Of a stretch of DNA of 64,000 nucleotides, positions 20,381 through 32,200 are shown piece after piece. The position numbers were made by a program, and so were the translations under genes. The notes under the pieces were generated by a model. It was not told where the DNA came from. It saw only the letters and a list, made by a program, of their open reading frames with translations, and searched no databases. Where the stretch lies: assembly GCA_041650935.1 (NCBI GenBank), contig JBAZKH010000001.1, positions 219,337 through 283,336 of the forward strand, written 5' to 3'. Each line of letters starts with the position of its first letter. The first letter of the stretch is position 1. The DNA is from Candidatus Omnitrophota bacterium. Lineage in GTDB: Bacteria; Omnitrophota; Gorgyraeia; 2-01-FULL-45-10.

Positions 20381-21718
20381 ATGTCTAAAGTCAGCATAAT
20401 CTCTCTCGGTTGCCCGCGAAATCAGCTCGATTCGGAAATCATGGCAGGAGCCATCAAGAAGGGCGGTTTCCGGATATGCGGCGATTTGCGCGATGCGGAT
20501 ATATGCGTCATAAATACGTGCGCGTTCATACAGTCGGCCAGGGAAGAGTCTATCGAAAGGATCCTGGAGGCTGCCCGGCTTAAAAAAGAGGGCAGATTAA
20601 AGCAGCTCGTAATATGCGGATGCCTTCCGCAGCTATATAAGGCAAAACTGGCGGACGAGCTTCGCGAAGCGGATCTTATTATCGGAACGAGCGATTTCCC
20701 TGGATTACCCGGCCTCCTGAAAAGAGGCATGCGCCGCAGGCGGATCGTAGTCTCTGCCGTCCCGGATTACCTTTATGACGAAAGATCTCCGAGGCTTACC
20801 TTTACACCCCCGCATTACGCTTATGTAAAGATCGCCGAAGGCTGCAGTAATTTCTGCAGCTATTGCATAATATCGCGCCTCCGGGGGGCGTTCAGGAGCC
20901 GTTCAATAAAGTCGGTGGTCGAAGAGGTCAGGCGGCTGTCGGGTGACGGCAAGCTTAAAGAGATCATCCTGATAGGCCAGGATACGACGCTATTCGGCAT
21001 CGATAGATACGGCAAGGCCGTTTTCGGCGAACTTTTGCGCCGGATATGCGCGCTTAAGAATAGCGTCGAATGGATCAGGATATTGTATACTCACCCGGCC
21101 CATTACAATGATGAGCTTATCTCGGTTATCCGGGACGAACCGCGGATATGCAAGTATCTCGACCTGCCGATACAACATATCTCCGATAATATCCTTAAGC
21201 GGATGAACCGCCGTGTTACGCATAGAGAGATTACGGCCCTGATAGGAAAGCTTAGGAAAAATATCCCGGGACTTGCCCTGAGGACATCGGTGATCGCAGG
21301 GTTCCCGGGAGAGACGGATAAAGATTTTCGCGAGCTCGTCGCTTTTATGCGTGATGTAAAATTCGAGCGTCTAGGCGCTTTTATATACTCAAAGGAAGAT
21401 AGGACGAAGGCCTCCAGATTGGATGGCCAGGTGCCGGAAGAGGTGAAACAGGAGCGGTTCGATATCATAATGAAGACACAGCAGGCCGTATCGCGCGGTA
21501 TAAACAAGAAGTGGTTAGGCAAAACCATCGATGTATTGATCGACGAAAAAATTCCCGCAGCGAACAACGAATTTATCGGCCGCTCGGAATTTGACGCGCC
21601 GGAGATAGACGGTACGGTCTATCTGTCAGGTGATGATATAAAAATAGGCGGGATTTATAAAGCCGGGATTAAGGATACGCTGGAGTATGATCTCGTCGGA
21701 GAGAAGGTGCGCGGATGA
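20381..21718 (+). CDS. rimO: ribosomal protein S12 methylthiotransferase RimO (radical SAM MTTase)
   Basis: N-terminal MTTase domain (ISLGCPRN), radical SAM CxxxCxxC (CSNFCSYC) and C-terminal TRAM; closest to RimO in length and architecture. Confidence 0.75.
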   Translation: MSKVSIISLGCPRNQLDSEIMAGAIKKGGFRICGDLRDADICVINTCAFIQSAREESIERILEAARLKKEGRLKQLVICGCLPQLYKAKLADELREADLIIGTSDFPGLPGLLKRGMRRRRIVVSAVPDYLYDERSPRLTFTPPHYAYVKIAEGCSNFCSYCIISRLRGAFRSRSIKSVVEEVRRLSGDGKLKEIILIGQDTTLFGIDRYGKAVFGELLRRICALKNSVEWIRILYTHPAHYNDELISVIRDEPRICKYLDLPIQHISDNILKRMNRRVTHREITALIGKLRKNIPGLALRTSVIAGFPGETDKDFRELVAFMRDVKFERLGAFIYSKEDRTKASRLDGQVPEEVKQERFDIIMKTQQAVSRGINKKWLGKTIDVLIDEKIPAANNEFIGRSEFDAPEIDGTVYLSGDDIKIGGIYKAGIKDTLEYDLVGEKVRG

Positions 21719-22305
21719 ACCTTCCGAATAAACTTACGCTTTCGAGAATAGCGCTGACCTTTGTCTTTATGGCGTTTTTGTATACAAACGGCGTGACGGC
21801 GAAGGTCTTCGCGCTGTGCGCGTTCGTGCTTGCGGCGCTGACCGATGCTCTTGACGGATATATTGCCAAAAAAATAAACCAGGTAACGGATTTTGGACGG
21901 CTCATGGATCCGATAGCGGACAAGATACTGGTCCTGGCCGCACTCCTGGCCTTTGTCGAGCGCGGAATCGTACCGGCATGGATGGTTGTCCTGATAATCT
22001 TCAGAGAAGTGGCGGTTACGGGCCTGCGCATACTGGCCCTCACAAAGGGCAGGGTCCTGCAGGCGGACGGGGGAGGCAAACATAAGACCGTTTGGCAGCT
22101 CTCGACAATAATAATAATACTATTCTTTTTCATATTCAAGGAGGGCGGGCACGCTCTCTTTAATTTCTGGAACACAAAGGTCGAAACCATTTACAAAGAC
22201 GGCATATTCGTTATAATGTTGATAGCGGTTGTTTTGACCTTGTCCAGCGGGATAGCTTATCTTGTAAAAAATAGGGAGGTCTATTCCAATGAAGAGACGG
22301 ATTAA
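21715..22305 (+). CDS. pgsA: CDP-diacylglycerol--glycerol-3-phosphate 3-phosphatidyltransferase
   Basis: CDP-alcohol phosphatidyltransferase motif DALDGYIAKK...GRLMDPIADK. Confidence 0.85.
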   Translation: MNLPNKLTLSRIALTFVFMAFLYTNGVTAKVFALCAFVLAALTDALDGYIAKKINQVTDFGRLMDPIADKILVLAALLAFVERGIVPAWMVVLIIFREVAVTGLRILALTKGRVLQADGGGKHKTVWQLSTIIIILFFFIFKEGGHALFNFWNTKVETIYKDGIFVIMLIAVVLTLSSGIAYLVKNREVYSNEETD

Positions 22306-22741
22306 ATTTATCACAAGCTTCTTTTACCTGGGACATTCCCGCTTCATGCCGGGGACGATGGGCTCTCTGGGCGGATTGGTTATCTATTTCCTCGTGAGGA
22401 ATAACGAACTGCTCTATGGTTTTTCCATACTCTTCCTATTCGTGCTGGGCATAATGTTTTCCGGCGAAGCGGAGAAGATCTACAAAAGAAAAGATGCAAA
22501 GATGATAGTGATAGACGAAGCATGCGGAATGCTTCTTAGCCTTTTCTTCGTGCCCATGAGCCCATATTCCGTGATCCTCGGGTTCTTTATCTTCCGTCTC
22601 CTCGATATCCTGAAGCCGCCGCCTGCCAGAAGGATGGAGCGGTTGACGGGATCTCTCGGTGTGATGTTCGACGATATCGTAGCGGCGATATATACAAATC
22701 TTTTCTTACAGGTACTATTCAGGCTCCTGGTCAAGGTTTAA
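22289..22741 (+). CDS. pgpA: phosphatidylglycerophosphatase A
   Basis: PgpA family: GHSRFMPGTMGSLGG...VIDEACGML. Confidence 0.8.
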   Translation: MKRRIKFITSFFYLGHSRFMPGTMGSLGGLVIYFLVRNNELLYGFSILFLFVLGIMFSGEAEKIYKRKDAKMIVIDEACGMLLSLFFVPMSPYSVILGFFIFRLLDILKPPPARRMERLTGSLGVMFDDIVAAIYTNLFLQVLFRLLVKV

Positions 22742-22758
22742 CAAAATTATCTTTCCTC

Positions 22759-22787
22759 TTGCAAATTTGATAAATTGCGTGTATAAT
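22759..22787 (+). promoter_or_regulatory. near-consensus sigma-70 promoter (TTGCAA-17-TATAAT)
   Basis: -35 at 22759-22764, -10 at 22782-22787, followed by an AGGAGG RBS (22803-22808) 12 nt before the ATG. Confidence 0.6.
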
Positions 22788-22820
22788 ATTTGATATACAA
22801 GTAGGAGGTTCGAGCGATAT

Positions 22821-23006
22821 ATGAAGAAACTAAAACGGTGTGATGGATTCTTGGGATGCAGGACGAGTAAGGCGATAGAAGAGAAGATAAAGGCCCTCTG
22901 CACGGAGAATAATAGAGAGGTGAGCGAAGTCATCAATTATATGTGCAGGATATTTATCGAGGATTTCAGCGGGATACGAACTAAGTTCTTTAAGCGCGAA
23001 GAATAA
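22821..23006 (+). CDS. small hypothetical protein (61 aa; possible ribbon-helix-helix-like regulator)
   Basis: Consensus promoter and strong RBS. Predicted beta-strand followed by two helices (KAIEEKIKALCTENN / REVSEVINYMCRIF). Immediately upstream of the giant ORF. Confidence 0.45.
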   Translation: MKKLKRCDGFLGCRTSKAIEEKIKALCTENNREVSEVINYMCRIFIEDFSGIRTKFFKREE

Positions 23007-23036
23007 TTAAAATATAAAAAAGTTAGTTATGTTTCC

Positions 23037-23065
23037 TTGACTCACCCTAGCTAATATGATACTAT
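23037..23065 (+). promoter_or_regulatory. candidate promoter (TTGACT-17-TACTAT) for the giant-ORF leader
   Basis: By eye, upstream of the leader hairpins. Confidence 0.3.
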
Positions 23066-23143
23066 TACAGTACATATTTTCTAGGATCCCCGTTTGAGTT
23101 TAACTCGGGGGAGTCGAGGGTCTTAAGAAGAGAAACCATGCTT

Positions 23144-23167
23144 TTGCCGGGTGAATTCACCCGGCAA
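23144..23167 (+). promoter_or_regulatory. 24-nt perfect palindrome ttgccgggtgaattcacccggcaa in the giant-ORF leader (copy 1)
   Basis: Nearly identical to the palindrome that immediately follows the giant ORF stop codon (52192-52220). Confidence 0.6.
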
Positions 23168-23184
23168 GATGTAAGGTTTTTATA

Positions 23185-23233
23185 GACCAGATAGCCTAGA
23201 ATTGACGCTTGGCAATCTGGTCTTTTTCTTTTT
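23185..23233 (+). terminator. intrinsic-terminator-like hairpin (agaccagat...atctggtct + T-run) between the small ORF and the giant ORF
   Basis: 9-bp stem with a 21-nt loop followed by tttttcttttt; it lies in the 5' leader, so it could be a terminator or an attenuator. Confidence 0.55.
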
Positions 23234-23261
23234 GTGTGTTAAGAGAACAAAATAGATAGGA

Positions 23262-26200
23262 ATGATGAAAGCCGAAGAAGTCTTGCCAAAATTGAGCCAT
23301 CACAGGTTACCTTTTGCGGTCAGGATAATTGCGTCGATCCTGGTCGTCACTTTCCTTGCCCAGGATATCGTCTGGGCCCATCCGGATCCATTCGTAGATC
23401 AATCCGCGCAGAATAACACGCTTGCTCCCAGCACATTCTTTAAGCTGAAAGATTCAAAAGATAGAGGCGGCGCGCTCTTCGTCGAGTATCTTATAGAAAG
23501 GCATCCTAAATTTCATTCAAATATATCTCTAATAGCGATACAACATATACTTGAAGATAAGGATATACTCGCCTGGTTTGATGAAAATAAGATCACATGC
23601 AAGCCGGATTATGCTAACGGCGGCCAGTTGGGTGCGATAAGCATAAATATTCCGACAGGATACACGTTTCGTTATTATGATCCTGATTTTGACCGGGAAA
23701 ATTCATTTACTTGCGATCCGCAGAGCGTAATAGATTCAAAAGAGCTCAATCCTCGCCTGCATAAGCAGATCATAAGAGCGGGAGACAAGACAGCGACGCC
23801 GACAGCACAGGCGCAGCCAGAAGGACCCCCAGCCACATTGGCTACTCCCCTGACCCGCGAAAAGGCGATAACTCATTATACGGATAAGATGGGAGGATAC
23901 ACATGGGACAATCTCGGCGCAAAGGCGCAGGAGTCCCTGATTGCTAAATACTCTGCTTTAAGAGAGATATTTCATGTATTCGATCCGGTATGGTTCTTAA
24001 GGCAGCATATCAACAGGAGTTGGAAGGAAGAACTTGCGCATAGCTTAGGCATAATAGCCATATGGGCGGGCATGGCGCTCTCTTTTGTCATAATGACTAT
24101 CTTAACTTCCTCGTTCCTCGATATAGCCTATATTAATGCCGTACCTTACGCTTACCCCATAGCGGTTCCGATAGCGCTTCTTGCCGACTGGCTGATCCAT
24201 AGGGCCTGCGATATGCTGGTCATCAACTATAGCGTCGCGCTTTCACGAGGCCCAGACCAGTACGATTTCACCAACATAGTCGATGCGGAGACGCTCTCCA
24301 ATTTTGTCGATAAACTTCAGGAGAGCCAGACGTATGACTACGGAGAGTATGACAGCAGATTCCTACGGCCGCTATTCGAGCTTTTATTCACGAAACTCAG
24401 ACAGGATTTTTCAGGTTCGGAATATTTTATAGCGGAATGCAGAAAAGTGCTTGCCGAAAAAGACTCGTATGAGTTAAGGCGCATGATGAGCGGAGCATTT
24501 TTAAAATCTTTCGAAAAAATTACACAGAAACCCGGCACTGAAAAAGCCTCGGTCGGGTTCTACGGGATGCTCTTTTATTATCTTACGCGCCGCCCGCGCC
24601 CGTACTTTGGGCATCTATACCGCACCTTCATTATTACAAGGCCGGAAGCGCAGCTGGCATTCGGAAAACGCGGCAGGTCGTATTATAGCCGCGGGGAGAG
24701 CGCGGCCAGTTATTACCGTAAGGGGTTTCTGTACGGGCAGTATGAGAATCCGTATTTTACCTCTTCCATACATATGTATGAAACTACATCCCGCGCCGAC
24801 AGGCGGAATACCAAAAATGCGCTGAAGATCCAAAAAGCTTTAGCGATATGGCAGGCGGAGGCAAACCGGCGTGACGATTGGCGCATGCGCCGGCGTATAA
24901 ATAATTTCATAAATAGAACAACCGTCCTCGAGATCGATGTCAAGACAAGCTTGTTTTTCTCGGATCCGGAAAATAACGTAGTGCGTCTTATCCATGCGGA
25001 AGGACGGCGATGCGCGCTGAACCTGCCCGCGCCTTACCTCGCCAGGCTCAGACTTGACAGCGAAAATGACGATGATATGAGAGAACTTGCTACCTACCTG
25101 AATTTCGGGCAGGAGCTTATCGACATATCCGGCAGGGTGATAAAGATGGAAGCCGGCAGTGAAATGGATCGGGAAGCCCGGACCATTGCTACCGTCTCTT
25201 TCCTGAATAATACGAAAGATCATTTTGTAAGTACCGATCGTTTACGCAGGAACCTGGCTGCCTTCATGGAAGAAGATACCATGTCTATCTACACGGACCT
25301 GGCCCGCGAACGGTTTGACAGGGAAAAGGAAGCAGAGTCCTCTTTAAAGGCGGGCATAAAGGGCGGGGAGAGGGAGCAGTTTGCTCGCGCAAGAGACATC
25401 TATAGCCGGTTGATGTACCGCTATGATGGCGCGGGTATGTACTCGAAAGCGCAGGAGTCCTGTGACCATATGTTTTCCGCCACAGAAGGGGCGATACTTC
25501 ATGACAGGGGTGTTCTTACCTGCCCGTATTCCATAGAGAATTTATTTACAGCGCTTCGTTTTGGGCGCCGTGATGAGTTCTTGTCGGGCTTGAGGACCGT
25601 AACTACGGGAAGAGGACTGCCGCGTTATATCGAAAGAAGGGAGGTGGAGATCTTTAAGACCATGCTTTCGCCTTCGAACGAAAAGCGCAATTCATTCCAG
25701 GATGATGTGCTGGAGACCCTATCCGCGCAGGCTGAGGCTATGGATATCGAGAAAACCGGCTCGTTTATGGAGTCTGCCAAGTCTATCCTACATAATTATT
25801 TTGGAAAGAAGATAGATGATAGATTCGGCGATCTGGAGCCGTATGAAATAGAGTACCCTGATTTGTACTATAGCGCGGAAAAACCCGTCATATCTATCAT
25901 TAGCGGCGGACATTACATATCGGGCGAAGAAGTAACAAGAAACGCCGGCATTATAATAGACGCGGTGAGGAGGAGAGTGCCGGCTTCAAGCGGCAGGGAT
26001 TATCTTTCCGGCGGAGGGATAAGGGAAATTATAAATTCTGTCTCCGGGAGATTGGATGCCCACAGGTCCGGATTTTTGCCGAAAGAAAGGGAACTTTTGC
26101 AAACCGCGCTCAAGAGCCTCCGGGTCCTCAATATAACAGAACTGAATTCAATAACGCTTCATAGCGAAAAATCTCCGGCATGCCCCGACTTATGGATGTT

Positions 26201-29200
26201 TGGACTTAATACAAGCCTGCCTTATCATACAAAAGCCGATTTGGATGAATTGCCGGCCGCGCTCAATAGGGATATCCGGGAAGAATTTCCGAATACGCTC
26301 CTTCTATCCTCCGACATACTAGATAGTATCGAGAATGATAAAGCGCTTTTACATGAATATATCTTATGCGTACTTCTTTTATCGCATGTCGACCAGGCGA
26401 CATCCAGATATTTACGCGCGGCCCTATTTCCAGAGAACCAGCGGGACGTAAAAGCACAGGTTTTGAGGCGGGGTGAAAAGTTTCAGACATTGAACAATGT
26501 GCGCATGCTGGAGCAAATTTTCGGAAATCGCATCGCTTCCGAAGAACCGTCTTCCGATGGGCCCATTCTTACTACTCCAAAGACCCGCGAAAAGGCCATA
26601 GCTTATTACACGCGTAAGATGGGCGAAAGGGAATGGAACAGGCTAACCAGTGTGGACCAGGAGCTCTCGATCGGCAAGTATGCCGCACGAAGGGAGATAT
26701 TCCATCTATTCAATCCTATATGGTTTTTTAGACAGCATCCGAATACGTCATGGAAAGAAGAATTGATCCGCGGGTTGGGCATTATAGCTATATGGGCAGG
26801 CATGACGCTATCTTTTGTCATCGTGACTGCCATAACTTCCTTACTCCTCGATATATCGTATAGCAGTGCCGTACCTTACGCGTATCCCATAGCAGTTCCA
26901 ATAGCGCTTCTTGTTAACTGGCTGATCCACAGGACTTACAATATTCTTGCCGTAAAACATAAATTCGCGATGCTCGCTGCGGGAGACGGGTCCGAATCCG
27001 ACAAGCTACCAAGCGCTACCGACGCGGAGAGAAAGAAGGCTCTTGATGCCAGGCTGGCCGCCGCGTTGCGCAAACTCTTCTTCAAAGATAGCCGGGCTAT
27101 GACGGCTCTGGAAGCAGGACTTCCTCATTTCAGCAAAAAAGAGCGGGGGAGAGATACGGCTATATCTCTCTTAGGTATTATCGCCGCCGGCTGGTCTGCC
27201 GAAGCGAAGGATCTCATATTAAAGTGGACGGGGATGGAGGAAGGCGGGCTCGTCCCTAACGTTATCCGCCATGATAATAATCCGCAGGACGATGCGCTAT
27301 ATGCCGCGCCTCCGCCTACATCGGACGCCGCATTGTGGCTCGTTGAGGCCGTCCATAAATATATCGAAAAGTCCGGCGACAGGGCGATGCTCGATTGCGT
27401 AGTCGACAATAAAGGTAAGAAGGTTATCGACGTCCTGCGTAATATTTATAATCGATATTCGACGCCGGGTGGCAGTGATAGTGTGGTCTGTAGTGATCCG
27501 GCTACAGGTTTTGTGTGGGTCCGCAAGAAGACCACCTGGATGGATACGGATAGTACCGAACGGCAGGGATATCCTGTCGAGATCCAGGCGTTATGGTATA
27601 ACGCCCTGAACAAGATGTGCTCCCTCGACAAATCCGTCGCGGCGGAATATAAGAGTCTGGCGGATAAGGTGAAATCGAATTTCCATGAATATTTCTGGAA
27701 TAGCGCGGAAAGTACTGTGTTCGATATTCTGGGCGCGGACGGTTTTGAAACGGCAGCAGAGTCTAAGGACAGAAACAGGCGCGATCCGGCAGTGAGATGT
27801 AACCAGATATTTACGGTATACTTCGGGCTGGCCGAAGGTGCGGACGCAAAGCGGATACTTGAATCGACGAAGAGGCGGCTGCTTGTGCCGGGCGGGCTCA
27901 AGACGCTGGCGGCTCCGGAAAGGATCTATGTGCAGGATACCAGGGACGATGGCGCAAGGGCGAAAGATGAGGCCGAGGGCAGGGTTATAGGCTGGCCGCA
28001 TGCCGTATATTACAAATATTACGATAGCAATAAGTCGGCGGATGACAGGAATAAGGCCTACCATAACGGGACGGCGTGGCCGTGGCTCTACCCGTTCTAC
28101 TGGGCGGCGGCCGTAAAGTGCGGGTCCGAGGCGAAGGATACCTCGGTAGATACTATGGTCAAGGAGTATCTAGAATTGATGAGCGACCCGTGGACCGGAG
28201 GAAACGCTTCGTCTGGAGGAAGCTTGCCGGAACTCCTGGACGCGGAAGCTTCACCCGCGCCGGATGGCAGGACGAAACACTATCCAAAAGGCTGCGGAGA
28301 GCAAGCGTGGAGCATAGCGTGCGCCATCTGGGGGCTTGACGAGCTTTCACCCGCGCCGGTTCAGCCGGGCCGGTTTACTAACGGGGACAATCCTAAGACA
28401 AAGAGGAGCGGGATACGTTATTGCCGTTTCAAATCCGATAAGATAGGCATATCACCAATAGATGCGCTAATGGGTATATCTCAGACAGCCGTATTGACGC
28501 CTGAGACCCGGAAAGATTTTTCGGATATTGTCAGAAAAGTTAAAGCCGGTATTAATGACAGAGAGGCAAACGGCCCTATCGATGAGGATGCATCGGATTT
28601 CCTAGATGAATTAATAGAGGAAGGCAGGGTTCGTGCTGCGCAAATGGACTTCGAAGCTATCTATCTGGACGATATCCTCTATATAGATGAAGGTCTTCTC
28701 GCGGATGATAAAGAGGATGAGCTGGTCAAGTGTCTGCGTGAAGCGGTCAGGACCTCTGCCAGGTCCGGCAAACTTATTATCGAGGTCGATGCCCATGGCC
28801 TGGCTAATGCTTTCGGGACGACGATCGATAATATCCCCGATATTATTATGGACGGAGGCCTGGGAGATATCCCGGCGAAGATTATCCGGAGTAGCGATAA
28901 AGCCCCCGGTGTCCTTCACCTTAACCCCGGATATTTGCATTGTGACCACAGGTTGATAAAGGATATATGGGACTGGTTTGCGTTTGAATTAGGCGCGGAT
29001 ACCGTCTGGTTGAAGGGTGTTTGGGAGGAGAGTATGCTATCCCGGGCCATGGCGAAAGAGTGGCATAGGCTTGATGTGGCGGCGGGCAGGGATAGTCCCC
29101 ATGCCAAGAGAGAGAATGGAAGCAGGTATGATGTCTATAACTACATGGTCGATAAAAGGCTTATCGGATCCGGTAATGGAGCCGCCAATACCAATGAGGC

Positions 29201-32200
29201 GATGAGGAATTTTGTAAAGAGCTGTATTAAACCTAAAGGGCTTAATATAATGCTCGATTTTGTAACAAACCAGATAGCAGCCGACGCTCCGTGTATATTC
29301 AATGATAACACTAAGAACCTTGTCTGGTCGTGGGATAGCGACGCAGAGTTTTATGCGCATATGCGCAGGTTGGGCCGCGCGGATTGGAGCGACAAGCGGC
29401 TTGAAGAAACATTTCTGATTGGCGCCGAGGTGCGGGGATATCGCGAATATTCCCGTGTGGCCAAAGGCATGCTCTCCGGGACAGGCGGAATAAGAGCGAT
29501 GGATGAAGACGAACTGCAGATATGGATAAATAAGGGAACGCTTCCTCCCAGGTTTACTTCTTACAGGATTGTACGGCATCTCGAGAATGGTTCGCTTACC
29601 ACAGCTTTGATCAATTATTCGGAAGAGGTCAATCGCCGTTACATGGGCGGCATCGTAAATATGATGGCTGATATGACGCTTGAAGGCGGGATACGCGGTG
29701 ATATAGTCCATCGCGCATACTGGAATAAATATTTCGACGATCATCTCGCGCCGCTTGGTATGTCAAGAGAGGAAGCCGGCAAAAAGATGCCGGGTGAGAT
29801 CATGGATGAGCTTATGGCGGACTTACGCAGAGAACATCCCGGCACTCGATTCCTGGGTGAGGTGCACGATTCGCCCGGCAAGGACGGCAATATTAAGTTC
29901 TTTGCCCGGATGGGCGAACGGCAGGGGATCAATGCCACTGCCTATTACAAAGATTATTCCGATGAGGTGCTTTCAAGAGGCGCTGCACAAAATGTGAGGG
30001 CATATCTATTCGGAGTGAATGATGAAGAGCAGAGAGGCCGGACGACGATGTTTACGAACCACGACGAGGCGACCGGACTCGAGGCGCTCGGCTCCATAGA
30101 GCGCGTGCGGGCGGCGGCAGGAATGTGCGCCATGCATGGAGGCCCTGTGCTTATACCTCTTACCGAGATCCTGCCGGAGCGACGACCAGACGAGCTATGG
30201 CCTTCCGATCGCGGCCACCCGGCGCACAAGAACTGGCGAGACTCGGCAGTCCATATACCACAGTATGATTTTACCCGTCTCGATGTACCTTTAGCCGGCC
30301 AGTGTCATTTCTTCGGCCGCCCCGGGTTTACCAAGGCCCGGAGGCATTGGGTTAATGCGGAATGTGTGCGGAAATTCCAGGAAGATATTGCCGTTGCGCT
30401 GGAAAACGATGAAGGTATTCACGCAATCGTGAAGCCGGCATATATAGATTCCCTGGAGAATAGCGGCCTTGTGGCGATGATCCGCCGCTCCAGGAAAGAA
30501 GATCTTCTTACGATATGCAACGATTCGGACGTTTCTACCGAGATAATGATCTGTCTCGACCGCGTATTCGGCGCAAACAGTACAGAACCTCCAATCGAAG
30601 GGGAACTCGGTAAAGTGCTCTATTCGGAAGGCACGAAAGTCTATTCGGGACCCAGGACACTTATAGTGGAGTTACCGGCATACGGGTACAGCAACTTCTC
30701 TTTCCGCAAAACGGAAGCTTCCAGGAAAAAGGAAGAGGCCGTAAAAGCGCTTGTGGAAGAGGTGCATAAAAGGGCGCGGGCGGAAGAGAAAACATGGGCC
30801 GGTAATTTCTATCAGCATTACCGTGACCGTCTGGGTGAACGTGAATTCGGGGTCGTCTTTGAAGATGCTCTTGAGAGGCTTCTTTTTTCCGGCGAGGATA
30901 TTGAGCGCCGGGGAGCGGCATGGATAATATCGCATGACGAATTTTTGGGTCCGGTTGCGTTAAAGCAGGACTGGGACCGGATGAAGCTCGAAGAGCTCTT
31001 CAGGCCGCTGGAAGACCGCGCCGTCTTACCGTTTGTTCTTGCGCATGAAACGAAAGGACTCTGGGCCATCACCAAATTCCTGGAAGAGGTTCCGTCCAGA
31101 AAAGAGCACTGGATCGTGGCCCAGCTTCTTGCCGCGGCGATGTCGGTTACGGATATGCAGTTGCGTACCGAGATAATGAAAGAGGTATTCTCCTCGATGC
31201 CCGTCACTTTGCCGTCGATATCCGGCGAAGGGCGCCTGCTTATGCCGTCGGGCACGGAAGAGACATTGATGCAGCAGCATTATAAGCAGACGTCTTTAGT
31301 AAGCGTCAAGAAACTTACGGATATGATCGGCCCGGAACTTGCAGCGAAGATATACCTCAAGAGATACGGCAACCATAATAACGATGAGCCTGCTTATGAG
31401 ATCGCCGGCGAAGAGACGAACCTGACCTTAAAAGACGCTGCTTCGAAAAATGGTTGGATAGCGGCGAATACGTCCTGGAGCCAGGCTAATGGCAATACAT
31501 TGGCACGGCAGCAATTGGTCAAGCTTAAAGCGGAATCCCGGGAGGCGATGGATGCGTTTGCGCTTACCGTAGGCGGTGAAGCATATCTGCTCTTTTTCGG
31601 CGATGGGCATAAAGGCAAGATCCTGCCGGAGAGCTTCGAATTCTTACCCGAGCCCGATCCTGCGCACAATTCCCCCGGGCTATACATCCTATTCGACGCC
31701 TGGAAGAAGGACTCGTACGGCGTTGTTACGAAATCCGGGCTTATATCGGACGGCCTGCCCGTAGATATACCCGCCGGCGGACAGATGATCCTGATGCTTG
31801 CTCCCCCGGAAAAGGAGCGGCCCGAGATACTGCAGGTGTCGGTCGAATTTTTAGGCGGTATGGACAAGCTTGGAGACAATCTGAAGCAGTTACTCGACGA
31901 TATTTACGCGGCGCCCGGCGGCATTATATGGTTTGTCGGCGCGCATCCGAAAGGCGAAATAGGCAAGCTTCTGAATGACGGACCGAATCTGTCGGGTATA
32001 TATGCCCGCGATATCGAGCATGGCGGCAGGAACTATCGTGTGGCTACGCATGGTCCGGTAAAGAGCGTGACGAGCGGCGATACGGCATCGGCATTCTGTG
32101 TTACGGACCTGAAAGATCCCGTGGTTATCGGAAAGATGAAGACGGTTCTCGATGCGCTCGGTAGACGCAGGCCCATAACCGTATTCGATTTAACAGGGCA

